In this document: positions 37,356 to 48,952 of the stretch, piece by piece
How positions within the stretch are numbered: position 1 is the first letter of the stretch
Layout: each line of letters opens with the position of its first letter
Assembly (NCBI GenBank): GCA_022605425.2
Contig: CM061249.1
Span: forward strand, 744,001-808,000
Length of the DNA: 64,000 bases
Reading direction: 5' to 3'
Source: Hamiltosporidium tvaerminnensis FI-OER-3-3
Taxonomy: Eukaryota > Fungi > Microsporidia
Position numbers and translations under genes: made by a program
Notes under the pieces: model-generated
Told to the model about the DNA's origin: nothing
Databases searched by the model: none
The model's input: the letters and a program-made list of their open reading frames with translations, nothing else

Positions 37356-38210
37356 ATACGCAAATAATGTTACATTACACCAGAAAAAATAGATTCAGCT
37401 TTTAAATGCGTTTTTTAAGTAAAAATTATACTAAGACATATTGTAATGGAATACAATTAGCTTATATAATTTAGATTGTCTTGATACATATATAACTCTT
37501 TATAAACAGAACTTTACATTTATAGCACTTTATCCATAATCCGTTTTTGTTTCTAGAGTATCATAGGGTAAAATATATGTTCATTATCAAAGTTTTTCTT
37601 TGAAAAAAACCGAAAGATTTTTTGATTTTGTTCTTATAATATTGAGAAAAGTATATCTAAGATTTAATCTAAAAATATATTTAATAAAAATAATTTTACG
37701 ATAAAACATTTGAAAATATTAAGAAATAAAGAAACATGAGTCGAATTTAAAAATGGTACATTTGAATTCTAAATTATCAAAACGGCTTTTTATTAAAACG
37801 CCAATATAACATATAAATGAAAACAGTCCATTTTTTTTTAAATTCAATATTGTTATAATAATAGAATATGATTTCACAACCAAAATTTATTATTTTGAAC
37901 ATTTTTCAACAACCAATTATTTATCTCATTTGGTTTTTTCAAAAAATCGTATTTCGTGATTGGTTTAAAGAAATAGAAAATATCAAAAATAAATTTTTAA
38001 ATATTTCATTATTTAAGTAAATATAGCAAATATTTCGCTTGTCTTTAAAGCAAATACAATAATTTATTTACATTTTTTACGAAAAATATAAATGTAAATT
38101 ACGGAAGAAAGACCGCTATTTATAAAAAAACGTGTAACCACATTTTAATATTTAAAAATTATTTCTTACTTAAAAAAAATCGATATTAGTTATTTAAATT
38201 ATTACCCTTA

Positions 38211-39635
38211 ATGGAACAAAAGATGGATGCTTTGAGCATAAGACCCTGTCAAAATATAAACCAACTTTTTTTTGATATCAAGAATCCGATTGTACGATTA
38301 AGAGGCTTTGTTTATAATATCAGAGTTCGGGGTAAAAGATCATTTCTTGTTTTAAGACAGGGTATTGAGACAGTACAATGTATCTATTCTAAAGGAGATG
38401 GGTGTGATGACACATTGGATTCTGAATCATACAAAAATATTAATCAGACACCATTGGAATCATTTGTCGAAGTTTTTGGAAAAGTTCAAATAACCGAAAT
38501 AAAAATTGAGTCGTGTAGCACAAAAAATATGGAAATTCTTCTTTTGGGGTTTAAAATTATAAGCAAGTGTGATACGGCACTGCCTTTCACTGTAAAAGAT
38601 GCTTCTCAACCGATAAGTGGTAAGGGGTATGATCCTTCTACACCTAAAGTTATGTACAAAAAATGTTTAGATAGTCGTTGTTTAGATCTTCGAACATTAC
38701 ATTCACAATCTATTTTTCGAGTAATTGATTCTGTAATGTTCTATTTTCGAAGTTTTTTGCGAAAAAAAGAATTTCTTGAAATCAAAACAAGCAAACTAAT
38801 AGAAAGTGCATCAGAAGGCGGTGCAAATCTTTTTGAAGTAAATTTTTTTAAGAAAAAGGCATTTCTTGCACAAAGTCCTCAACTATACAAGCAAATGGCT
38901 ATTATAGGTGGAATGAAAAGGGTTTATGAAATAGGACATGTTTATCGAGCAGAAGAATCGAATATAAATCGATATTTGTCAGAATTTATAGGAATGGATA
39001 TTGAAATGGAAATTAATAATACTTATATGGAAATTGTTGAATTAATTTATGAGATGTTTATTTTTATTTTTGATGAAATAAATAAAGAGTGTTCGGCAGA
39101 AATAGAAAATATCAGAAAATATTATCATTTTGAAAATTTAAGATACAAAAAACAACCGCTAATATTTTCTTTTAAAGAATGTGTTGCAATGCTTAGAGAA
39201 GAAAATGTTCAAATTCAGGATTTAGAAGATTTTAGTAGGGAAAATGAAAAAAGACTTGGTAATATAATTGCAGAAAAATATAATGTAGATTTCTTTGTAG
39301 TAAAAGAATATCCATATTGTGCCAGGCCATTCTATACCCATCAATCTTCAGAAGATCCGTTATATTCCAAATCTTATGATTTTATAATGAGAGGAGAAGA
39401 AATACTGTCAGGTGCACAGCGCATAAGCGACTACACGCAATTAAAAGAAAATGCGGAGAGATGCAAAGTTGATATAAGTACGATTTCTGGATATTTGGAT
39501 TCTTTTAGATTTGGTGCACCTATGCATGGTGGATGTGGTATAGGAATGGAAAGAGTTCTAAAATCATTTTTTAACTTCAATGATATCAGATATTTTAATA
39601 TGTTCCCAAGAGACCCTGGTAGATTAAATCCTTAA
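38211..39635 (+). CDS. DPS1: Aspartyl-tRNA synthetase (eukaryotic cytosolic type)
   Basis: OB fold FLVLRQG..TVQC, SEGGANLF, LAQSPQLYKQM, YRAEES, SYDFIMRGEEILSGAQRI, HGGCGIGMER, MFPRDPGRLNP. Confidence 0.96.
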   Translation: MEQKMDALSIRPCQNINQLFFDIKNPIVRLRGFVYNIRVRGKRSFLVLRQGIETVQCIYSKGDGCDDTLDSESYKNINQTPLESFVEVFGKVQITEIKIESCSTKNMEILLLGFKIISKCDTALPFTVKDASQPISGKGYDPSTPKVMYKKCLDSRCLDLRTLHSQSIFRVIDSVMFYFRSFLRKKEFLEIKTSKLIESASEGGANLFEVNFFKKKAFLAQSPQLYKQMAIIGGMKRVYEIGHVYRAEESNINRYLSEFIGMDIEMEINNTYMEIVELIYEMFIFIFDEINKECSAEIENIRKYYHFENLRYKKQPLIFSFKECVAMLREENVQIQDLEDFSRENEKRLGNIIAEKYNVDFFVVKEYPYCARPFYTHQSSEDPLYSKSYDFIMRGEEILSGAQRISDYTQLKENAERCKVDISTISGYLDSFRFGAPMHGGCGIGMERVLKSFFNFNDIRYFNMFPRDPGRLNP

Positions 39636-40795
39636 TTTAATAAAAGTTTTTTTCAGTAAATTCGTTATTTTTTATGTCTCTCCATGGTCATATTTTTAGT
39701 TATAAAAAAATTAAATGTAAATAAAATTTTAAAACTCACTACTATTGCTTTCTTTAAAACTTTCACAAATGTCTATCACATTTCAATTTACAAGAATATA
39801 TTATTTATTTAGAAAAAAAATAACTCAATATAGTATATTTTATAGATATATTTTTGGTAATTAACTTCATATTTAATAGATATTTTATTAGGAATTAACT
39901 TCATATTTAATAGATATTTTTTATCGTTTTTAAATTCAATATTTTTCCTAAATGCACTAATAAAAAGTATAAAAAATGTGTTCGAATTAGTAAAAAGATA
40001 AAAATAGACAAAAAACAACGCTTTCTTTTATTGTAATTATTTATTTACCAGTGTTATACCATTTATCTTAAGCTATGATTTTCTTTACATAAGTTTTTAT
40101 TTCTAAATAAGTTAAATATAAAATTTAATTGTTAGAAAAATGTTTTTAAAACAAGAAAACATTTTATTTCTAATTGTTATGTACAGAAAGATCAAACCTC
40201 TGGGAAATATAAAAAAAAAGAATAAAAATTATATTTTAAAAAATTAAATGTACAAAACTTATAAGTTTTTGTACCTCATTTACTAAAAATTTGTTTATTC
40301 CTATATATCAAGGATTTCTAAGACCATTGGCTATTGTGTTTTCGGAAGGAACAATTAATTTTTACAATTTCATCTTTTATTTTTGACTAAGAGTTATTTG
40401 AAAACATATTATTAATGAGTAATTTCATAAAATATTCTAATATGAAGTATTTATTTCGTTTTTTTTTTTTTAAATTTTAATATTAATTCATGATCTACAA
40501 TTGGCAATATTCTTTTGGTAAAATTGATAATTTTCTTGATCGATATCAGTCTTTTATTCAAATGGTTGTGTTTCTTAAAACACAATTTTGATATAAAAAA
40601 GCTTTATATTGATTATTCAGATCATCGACAATGAATCAATATATCAAAAAAATATTTAAATCCTTTTAAGTTTGTTGTTTAAATTAAAGGCAAAATATAA
40701 GTATAATATCGAATGAATTAATAAACATAATACATGTATATATTACGAAAATTACTTATAACTTAGAAAAAAAATATTTTTAAAATCAAACTATT

Positions 40796-42220
40796 TTATA
40801 CTTTAATCATTTTAAAAACCGTTTCATTTTGACTGACACGATAATAAACAATTATGTTGGTTTTTTCTTCCAAAAAATACATATTTTTAATAACATAAAT
40901 TACCTCATCAACTAATCTATGTTTGAAATCACTGTCACCTGTTTTTAAATTGAAAAGAACATGATAAGGCAAACACCCTCTTAATATTGATATTTTTCTA
41001 AGCATAGATTCGTCTTGAGATGCAACTATTATAGGAATACTTAAAAATGCAGATTTTATATCAAGAACTTCTTTTATATCATCTGTAAATATTACTACGG
41101 TACGTACGTTTGGAACACGGGACATTTTATTTATAGTTAATGCTGTATAAATATTTGTTATTGGAATTTCTACATTTTCTATCGATTTTTTTCTTAGCCA
41201 TTTTTCTGTCTCAAAAGATATATGCGACATGATATTTACAGATTCAAATGGAAAATTACCAGATGCAGTTTCTGAACTTAGCATTATGCAATCTGCGCCA
41301 TCTAATACAGAATTACCGATGTCTGATACTTCTGCTCGCGTAGGAAGTGCCTGTATATTCATTGATTCAAGCATTTGAGTGGCTATTATAAAAGGCTTAT
41401 TGGTTAATTTGCACTTTTCTGTAATCATTTGTTGGATAAAAAAAAGTTTTTCTAATCCAATCTCTGCCCCAAGATCCCCTCTGGCGATCATAATTCCATC
41501 CGACTTTTCAATAATTGCATCGATATTCGAAATAGCATTCAAAGTTTCAATTTTTGAAAATAGAAGTGGTTTGTGTGAATATTCAGCAAATATTTTTCTT
41601 ATTCTTATAACATCTTCCTCTGTGTTTATAAATGAAGCAAAAATAAAATCAACTTCGTTTTCTAAGCCGAATTTAATATCTGCAATATCTTTTTTAGTTA
41701 ATGATGGCATCGTGAGATGTACCCCTGGTATGTTAATACCCTTTTTGGAAGATATTTTATGGGAATTCATTGCTACTGTTTTTACGGATTTCTCGTTAAC
41801 TTCAATAACTTTTAATTTTAGGATTCCATCATCAATCATGATTTCACAATTATTTTTAATTGATTGAAGATTTTCCAAATCAAAATATAAAATATTTTTT
41901 GATTCATCAATAATTGTTTCATCGTTAGTTAAGGTTAAATTATCTCCTTTGCTTACAGAAATACTCTTTGATAAATTTCCTAGCCTGATTTCGGGTCCTT
42001 TTGTATCAAGACCTATACTAAGATATCGATGCCCTAATTTGTTTCTGATTTCTTTGATGTTTTCAATAGTATTTTTGTGAAATTGATGATCGGCGTGGCT
42101 AAAATTTAGTCGTGCAACCGACATACCATTTTCCACCAATTTTCTTATTGCTTCTATCGATGATGTTTTTGGTCCCAATGTACAGATTATTTTTGTAATT
42201 CTAAAAAAATTGTCAGCCAT
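40796..42220 (-). CDS. PYK1: Pyruvate kinase
   Basis: TKIICTLGP, ARLNFSH, LDTKGPEIR, DGIMIARGDLG, ATQMLESM, PTRAEVSD, DGADCIMLS.ETA.G. Confidence 0.97.
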   Translation of the reverse strand: MADNFFRITKIICTLGPKTSSIEAIRKLVENGMSVARLNFSHADHQFHKNTIENIKEIRNKLGHRYLSIGLDTKGPEIRLGNLSKSISVSKGDNLTLTNDETIIDESKNILYFDLENLQSIKNNCEIMIDDGILKLKVIEVNEKSVKTVAMNSHKISSKKGINIPGVHLTMPSLTKKDIADIKFGLENEVDFIFASFINTEEDVIRIRKIFAEYSHKPLLFSKIETLNAISNIDAIIEKSDGIMIARGDLGAEIGLEKLFFIQQMITEKCKLTNKPFIIATQMLESMNIQALPTRAEVSDIGNSVLDGADCIMLSSETASGNFPFESVNIMSHISFETEKWLRKKSIENVEIPITNIYTALTINKMSRVPNVRTVVIFTDDIKEVLDIKSAFLSIPIIVASQDESMLRKISILRGCLPYHVLFNLKTGDSDFKHRLVDEVIYVIKNMYFLEEKTNIIVYYRVSQNETVFKMIKV

Positions 42221-42824
42221 TTCAGGGGAAGATTAACTCTTATTTATATTTGTTGCAACCAATTATATTTTAAGAAATTAATTTTATTGGTTCTTGAGAA
42301 ATAGAGATATGTTCTGACAAATAAAAAAGACATATTAAATTCTTTTGTTCTATAAACTGTTTATTTAGGTTCAATGGATATTTGTAAGTTTCCAAATAAT
42401 TTTTAAATTTTTAATATGTTTTTTAAAAAATATCTAAAATTGTTTTTTGTTACCGAAATGTATTTAGAAATAAAGAAAAACTTTCCAGTTTTTTTATTGA
42501 AAAATTCTCTGAAATATATTTGTTTAGACTGTCATTGAATAACACAGTAATTTATGCCTTTAAAATTTATATCAAAGAATTTTCTTTTTAATTTTTTTAT
42601 CCAAACTGAAACTAAGATTTCAGCAAATTTAAAATAGTGACAAATATTTTTTTACAAGATAAATGAAATGTTTGTGGATATTTTTGGTTAAACAACACAA
42701 ACTGGTCTTTTATTTATTTAAAATAGTTAATCAAAAATAATTTATTCCATTTCCTAATTAAGAATATTATTATTATAAAAGGAGAAGCGAAATAAATTTA
42801 TACAAATAAGACAGCCCAGTTTAT

Positions 42825-43316
42825 ATGAAAACAATAGCGTATATATTTTCAAAATGCGACTCTAATTTACCACAAATAAAATGGAGTATAAAAGAATATA
42901 TACAACCACAGATACATCAAATATGTTTATTATATTGCTTACCAGAACGGTGGTACGCTATAAATGATCCAAGAACTTTATTGATGTGTACAAACATATG
43001 TAAATCTGACTATTCAATTCGTAAAAAACAAATTTCAAACTATTTAAACGATATTGAAAAAATAATTATTAAAGAATTTAATTCTGACATAAAAGTTAAA
43101 AAACTTATTATTTGTGGAGATGAAAAATATAAATTAAGAGCTGTATTATCTTCACTTAATGTAGAAATTGTTATATTGGGTCCAGATACACTTACCGATG
43201 GTCTTAGTAAATACTTTAAGAAATCTTTAGACGAATTCGTAACAAACGATATAAATATTCCAGTTTTGAGAGTTCCCGATTTTCGAAAATCGAAAAAAGG
43301 CGGATTTTATTTGTAA
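42825..43316 (+). CDS. Universal-stress-protein-like protein
   Basis: 163 aa with USP topology: N-terminal beta strand, ICGD, VEIVILG, and C-terminal IPVLRVP. Confidence 0.55.
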   Translation: MKTIAYIFSKCDSNLPQIKWSIKEYIQPQIHQICLLYCLPERWYAINDPRTLLMCTNICKSDYSIRKKQISNYLNDIEKIIIKEFNSDIKVKKLIICGDEKYKLRAVLSSLNVEIVILGPDTLTDGLSKYFKKSLDEFVTNDINIPVLRVPDFRKSKKGGFYL

Positions 43317-43396
43317 ATAAATTTATTTCAAATATTTTATTTAATTCCCGTTTTTTTATGAATTTTATATAAATTTCTGTACAAATTATTTATGCA

Positions 43397-44128
43397 ATGA
43401 ATGATAAAAAAATCTTAAATGTTTTGATTTACTGTAATATTTGTTATAAAAGTTATGATAATTCAAAGGAAGAAGACAGTAATTTGTTTATAAGTGATTG
43501 CATGCATATAGTTTGCAAAGATTGTATTGAAGATATTGATTTTTGCAAAGTCTGTGGGAAAAATAACGATTTTAAGCTTATAAATCAAGATTTGAAGAAA
43601 ATTTTAACAAAAAATCCAACCGAAATGTTTATTAAACCGGTGGATATTTCAATGTTTCAGCTAAGTAGTTCTCTAAATTTAATTTTACACCTCAAATATG
43701 AATTGAATACGTATAAAGATTTATTAAAAAGAGCCAAAAATGAACTTATTAGGTTTAAAGACGCTGCAAGGTCTAAAAATTCAAAACCCGGTTTTTTAAA
43801 TATAAATTCAAATCAACCAATACAAAAAAATAGAAATCATATTTCAGAAACTGTAAATAAAATTTACAAAAAAAATTTTACAATTGAAAATCAAAATAAT
43901 AAAACAATCCAAAGAAACTCACCTGCTAAAGAATCTAAAAATATTTTAGTAGACTTAACAAATGGAAGTAAAATAGGAAAAAGGAAAAGAACTTCAGGAT
44001 TCAATACAGTTTCTGATTTGAATATCAACGAGGCTTCTTTTTCTTCTGCAAGTACATCAAGACTTACGTTAAGTACGAGAAAATCTATTTTCAAGACTCC
44101 GTTTTCAAGAAATAATAGGCTTTTTTAG
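43397..44128 (+). CDS. RING-finger protein, Zip3/RNF212-like
   Basis: N-terminal CNIC..CMHIVCKDC..CKVC RING, then an FQ motif, a coiled coil and an S/T-rich tail. Confidence 0.65.
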   Translation: MNDKKILNVLIYCNICYKSYDNSKEEDSNLFISDCMHIVCKDCIEDIDFCKVCGKNNDFKLINQDLKKILTKNPTEMFIKPVDISMFQLSSSLNLILHLKYELNTYKDLLKRAKNELIRFKDAARSKNSKPGFLNINSNQPIQKNRNHISETVNKIYKKNFTIENQNNKTIQRNSPAKESKNILVDLTNGSKIGKRKRTSGFNTVSDLNINEASFSSASTSRLTLSTRKSIFKTPFSRNNRLF

Positions 44129-45460
44129 AAAAATAAAAATCAGTTACAATTTGGCGATAAACAACTTTTTACGCTTAAAAATTATGTTTTTTAATTAAAA
44201 TTGTGGTTTATTCTTATTTTAAATTTTTATAATCATTACAATCAAAACAAAAATATATCATTTTCAGTTAATCTACTTTTTATATTTACAGCAAAAATTA
44301 TTTTACCACTTACTTTTTTTCAAAAATCACGTAACTCTAAGATATAATTTTTAAAAAAAATGGTAAAACATTGTGGATGGATTAAAAAATGTAATTTTCT
44401 CATTTATTTGTTGTGAAATTTATGAAAATGTGTACAAATTAATAAATTAAATGAATAATTTATTTTCAAAATAATCTTAGAATATGTTTTAGTAATTATA
44501 TTAGTCCAAAAATCCTTAAAATTAAATTCATAATTTTTTTGTAATTTGTTTCTGTTTAATTCAATATCCTAATATGCTCTAATTTCAAACCATTAGACTT
44601 TTTAAAGATAATTCAATTTGCTATTATATGCTGATTAAACATAATCGTAACAAAAATTATCTAAAATTAAACATAATTGTAACAAAAATTATTTTGTTCA
44701 TCTCGAATCCTTATTCTGAATATTTGTTTTGCTTATATAGATTTGCGATTGTCTTAATTCTTGCCCCATATATTAATGTATTAGATACTTAGATATTATA
44801 CCGGTTGTAGGTAAGAATTTGTAAATAAATAAGTAATATAGCTTGGATGAAATATTAGTAAGAAGATATGATTACAAAAATACAATTTTAATTGTATTGA
44901 ATCACCTAAAGATTTTACTATTTGAAAGGACAAACAAGAAATATCAGAAAACCATGATGAATGATTATCGAAACCAAAATATAATATACTTTACAAAATA
45001 CACAAGTATTTTAATGTGTTATCAACTTTTTATTAGAAAGATTATATACTTACATACTTATTCTATACCTCTTTTGCCTCTTGGTATTGAGGAGTAACAA
45101 ATGAAAATTTATCATTTTTTCTTTTAATCTGTTGTAACTCGAGATTTTAGGGGATCGCCTTATAAAGCTGATGCGGTTTATATCCTACAAAAATGGCAAC
45201 AATGGATGTAAGACTAATTATTTTCACTCATTGTCAATAAGATGGTTTCTAATATGGTATCCATCTGCTCGAAAGATTATATATCTAGTAAAATTGACAA
45301 ACTATTTGTGATTTTTTTTAAAAAAATCCGTAATTTATAATAGTGAGAGTTTCATTTTAAGTTTTTACACGTACTTTCTACAAAATTATAAATGTTAAAG
45401 ACCTAATATATTATAGTGCTGCTATAAATCCTAAAAAAAATTTTTATTAACTTAAAACAT

Positions 45461-46416
45461 TATTTAAAATTATTACATCTTTTTAAAACAGTGGCAAGTG
45501 TTACATTTGTTTTCTTGACATTAAAACAGTTATAAGTTTAACATAAATAACTGCTACTTCAACACTCCATCGGTATCCTCTGCGATACCTACTTCCAAAA
45601 TCCTTTTATCTACCAAGTGTGTAGAACTTAATTAATAGGCGAGGCACTTGCTCGAAGTTCGTTGATGTCTGATGCATGGAGTGTGATCGAAACTTTTCGG
45701 GCTCATACGAGATTATGCGCATTCCCACTACCTCCACCCTTTTTGAACTCAATAAAGTTCTAGCCAAGATATATTTCCGTGACTTACATGAGGTAAACCT
45801 AAAAAGGGCAATGTCATACCGGTCGGTATACTTTGCTACTTAGCTTTCCCGGCTTTAATTGGTTTTATTTTTATATCTTTCAGGCACTAAGTCTTCTAAC
45901 CTGTATGCAAAGCTGGTTTTCTATGCTTTACCATGGTAAATTCCTAAAAATTAATATGGTTTTTTTACAATATAGCTACATAAAAAACTACAAATATATT
46001 TGTGAAAAGGTTTAGTCATTTGCTTGACCTTCTCCTCCTGATACAAACCCCATGGAAGAATAAAAGATTAAATACTCTTATATTTACACTAAAAATTCAA
46101 ACAATGATCTTCACACCAGTTTCGCTTACTCATTCATCATCATCGTCACTACAGCCTTGTCTGTAAAATCCTGGGTCGCCCTATGTAATTCTACCCACTG
46201 GTCTTTTTTCAGTGGGATTGTTTACATTTTCGGGTTTTGTAACAAAGTAGTTTTAAAAGGTAAGGTTCTAGCCGAACCCCAATCTAGAGAACGGTCTCTT
46301 TTAGTCGCCTCTTACGACAAGTAGAGAATACTCCTGGTCAATTCTGCTGCTGCAATGGTGGAAAATTCACATACTCAGTGCCAAGCAGAAAGTTATTTAT
46401 GTGGTTATCTTCCCAC
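45461..46416 (-). mobile_element. SINE-like family copy C, carrying a nested RTE-derived insertion
   Basis: Family sequence at 45461-46132 resumes at 46366 (tactcagtgccaagcagaaag..gtggttatc). Confidence 0.82.
46133..46365 (-). mobile_element. Short RTE-derived element nested in SINE copy C
   Basis: Homologous to 29420-29653. Minus strand has tgtcgtaagaggcgactaaaa and a (gat)n tail. Imperfect TSD ttcgcttactca / ttcacatactca. Confidence 0.75.
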
Positions 46417-48952
46417 TTTCAGAATTTCTTTCAACAATATTATTCTATATTAAACCTGTAAGTTTTTTGAAACTATTTATTCTAAACTTTGGAATTTTAA
46501 ATTGGTTTAATTGGTGGGCAATCTTATATTAGGCAAAACAAAATATAGAATTATCCTTATTCCGGTCAAAAACTTGATTTATAAAATAAATACAAGATTA
46601 TTTGTAGTGGAAATATATATAAGTTGAATACTTTATGCAAATGCCTATATTAGAAATGATTTACAAGTTTTATTGTAGCTTTCAAATGTTGCAAGTTATG
46701 ATTAAAAACAACCTGTTAGGTTCCTAAACAGGCGACATTAAAAATAATTAAAATTGTTGGTTGTACATTAAAATGCCATATTTCAATACATAAAGACATT
46801 AATCAAGCTATATAATTATCATCATAGTACATAGATTTTGCTTTTTATGTGAACTATATTTATTATAAATACAAATTCAGGGAGCTTACGGGTTTAAATG
46901 TCTATTCTATCTTGTTTTTTTATCTAATAATAGATTTCATTGAAATTCGGGGTTTTCTTGATTAAGAAATCAGTTGTAAAAATGGAAAAAAATCAAATCT
47001 AAATAGAAATGAGGTGTTGATAGATCATAGATTCAACCTAAAATATTGAAAATACGTTTAAAGGTAAGCATATTTTGCTGCTCATTATGGGATATTTTTA
47101 AAAGCACCTTATATTTAATTTATAATTCTAAGATTATTAAGCAATACGAGCTATCCTTTCTTTTAGCTGATCAAGGAAAAATTTTATAGAACGAAACTAC
47201 TATTAAAATTTTTATCAAATGAACTAAAATATATTGTGATAAGAGAAAAAGTAATTTTAATATTATGCGATATTCGAATCTAATTTTCCATAATAGAATT
47301 AATTGTAAAATCATTTACTTAGATAATATACGAAATTTATATTTAATATGAATGCTAAATCATTTTATTTTTAAAAACAACGCAATTATAAAAAAAATGT
47401 ATTTATATCATATTATATTTTAAAAAGAGAGAAAAAAATCTAAATATCTAACAAAATTTTATTTAGGTTGAATTCGGAAAACCCAAATTTGTAGTTAGTT
47501 CTATTTAGCATTATAAAACATCACAAATAAAATAAAATTTGACTTACCAACATTTTTTTTATAGATTTTAGCATTAGAAAATCACATATTTTAATTTGCC
47601 ATATATGCCGCATTAAAATTAGTTTAAAGATTATTTTATCTGCTCTTTTTTCTGTATCAGTAATTGAAAATTTATTTTTTTATTTGTTTTTGCAAGTTAT
47701 TTCACAGAATAATTATTTTGAGAATTTAACGGAAATTAAAATCAATGAAAATATTTCTAAAAATAATTTAAAAAACATTGTATCGATAAGACAATGATAT
47801 ATTATAACCTTTCTCGTTATAACCCAATTTAGTAGTTTCCAAACATTTTAAAATCTTGTAAATACATAGGATGATTGTTTAAGAAATCATATTAGAAATT
47901 CAATTAATTGTTCGAAATGGTTTCACTCATTAAAATACTGGGTGAATATAGAAATAGCTTAGGTTTTTTATTATCTATATGTTCAAAACTATAAAAAAAG
48001 CAAATAGACTGAAATGAAATAGCATTTAAAAAAATCAAAACTAAGAAACATTTAAAACCACCAAAATCCAAGTTGGAGCATGAAAATCTTTTCTATCTGT
48101 TGGACCGAAATGCTGCTCCGAATCTAACAGAGCCTTAACTCTTAAGAGTTTCAAACTAGCAACAAATAACCCGAGGAGATTTATGCTTTTTTATAAATTT
48201 TTATATAATGCAATTTTTGTTCAATAAATTCATTCTCACTTTGATAAATCTGGGATAATTTTCAGTTACAAATAATTTGAAATTTAATAGACTATGAATT
48301 ATATGCTTAATATATTTACTGTTATATACTTTTTTGTATAATTTTCATACAAAATTTTTTTCTTGGTTTTGCGGATTTGTTTCAATTATGTTAAAAATTA
48401 GAATGCAAATTGTTTGAAAAAGGTAATACTTTCTCGCAATTTTTTTTAATAATATTGTTTGTTGGCTTATTAGAGAGTCAACAGGCGTAATAATTATTTT
48501 TTTCATCCAAAAAGAACGATAATGAAGGATTAAACCAGTAGAAGAATTTGAAAGTTATATCTTCGGCATTTTTATCAAAATATAGAAAAAATTTTTGTAG
48601 GTTTAAGCAAACTACACATTGAATGATTAACAAGGTGTATTGCTCTTTATTAAAATTTTATAAAACTTTTTGATTTTGTTCCAAATGGAATTTATTAATA
48701 TTCAAGACTTCTTTTATTTAATTAATTTGTTAACACAAAATATATTTTATCTATATCTTTGATTAAATAGATAAATACTTGGTATTTTACATTAAAAATA
48801 ATAATTGTAGAATCGGAACTCAAAATTTCTCCATTTCCTCGACTTAAAACTAGATTAAAATATATAATTATCGAATTATAAAAATTTTTTGCTGATATTT
48901 TTTTAGTATTTAAATAATAAAAAATTTATAATGTCCTAAGTTTCAATTTAAA

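Noticed and set aside
37043-37363. 106-aa Phe/Ile-rich ORF
   Set aside because: It is a translation of the 9-bp minisatellite.
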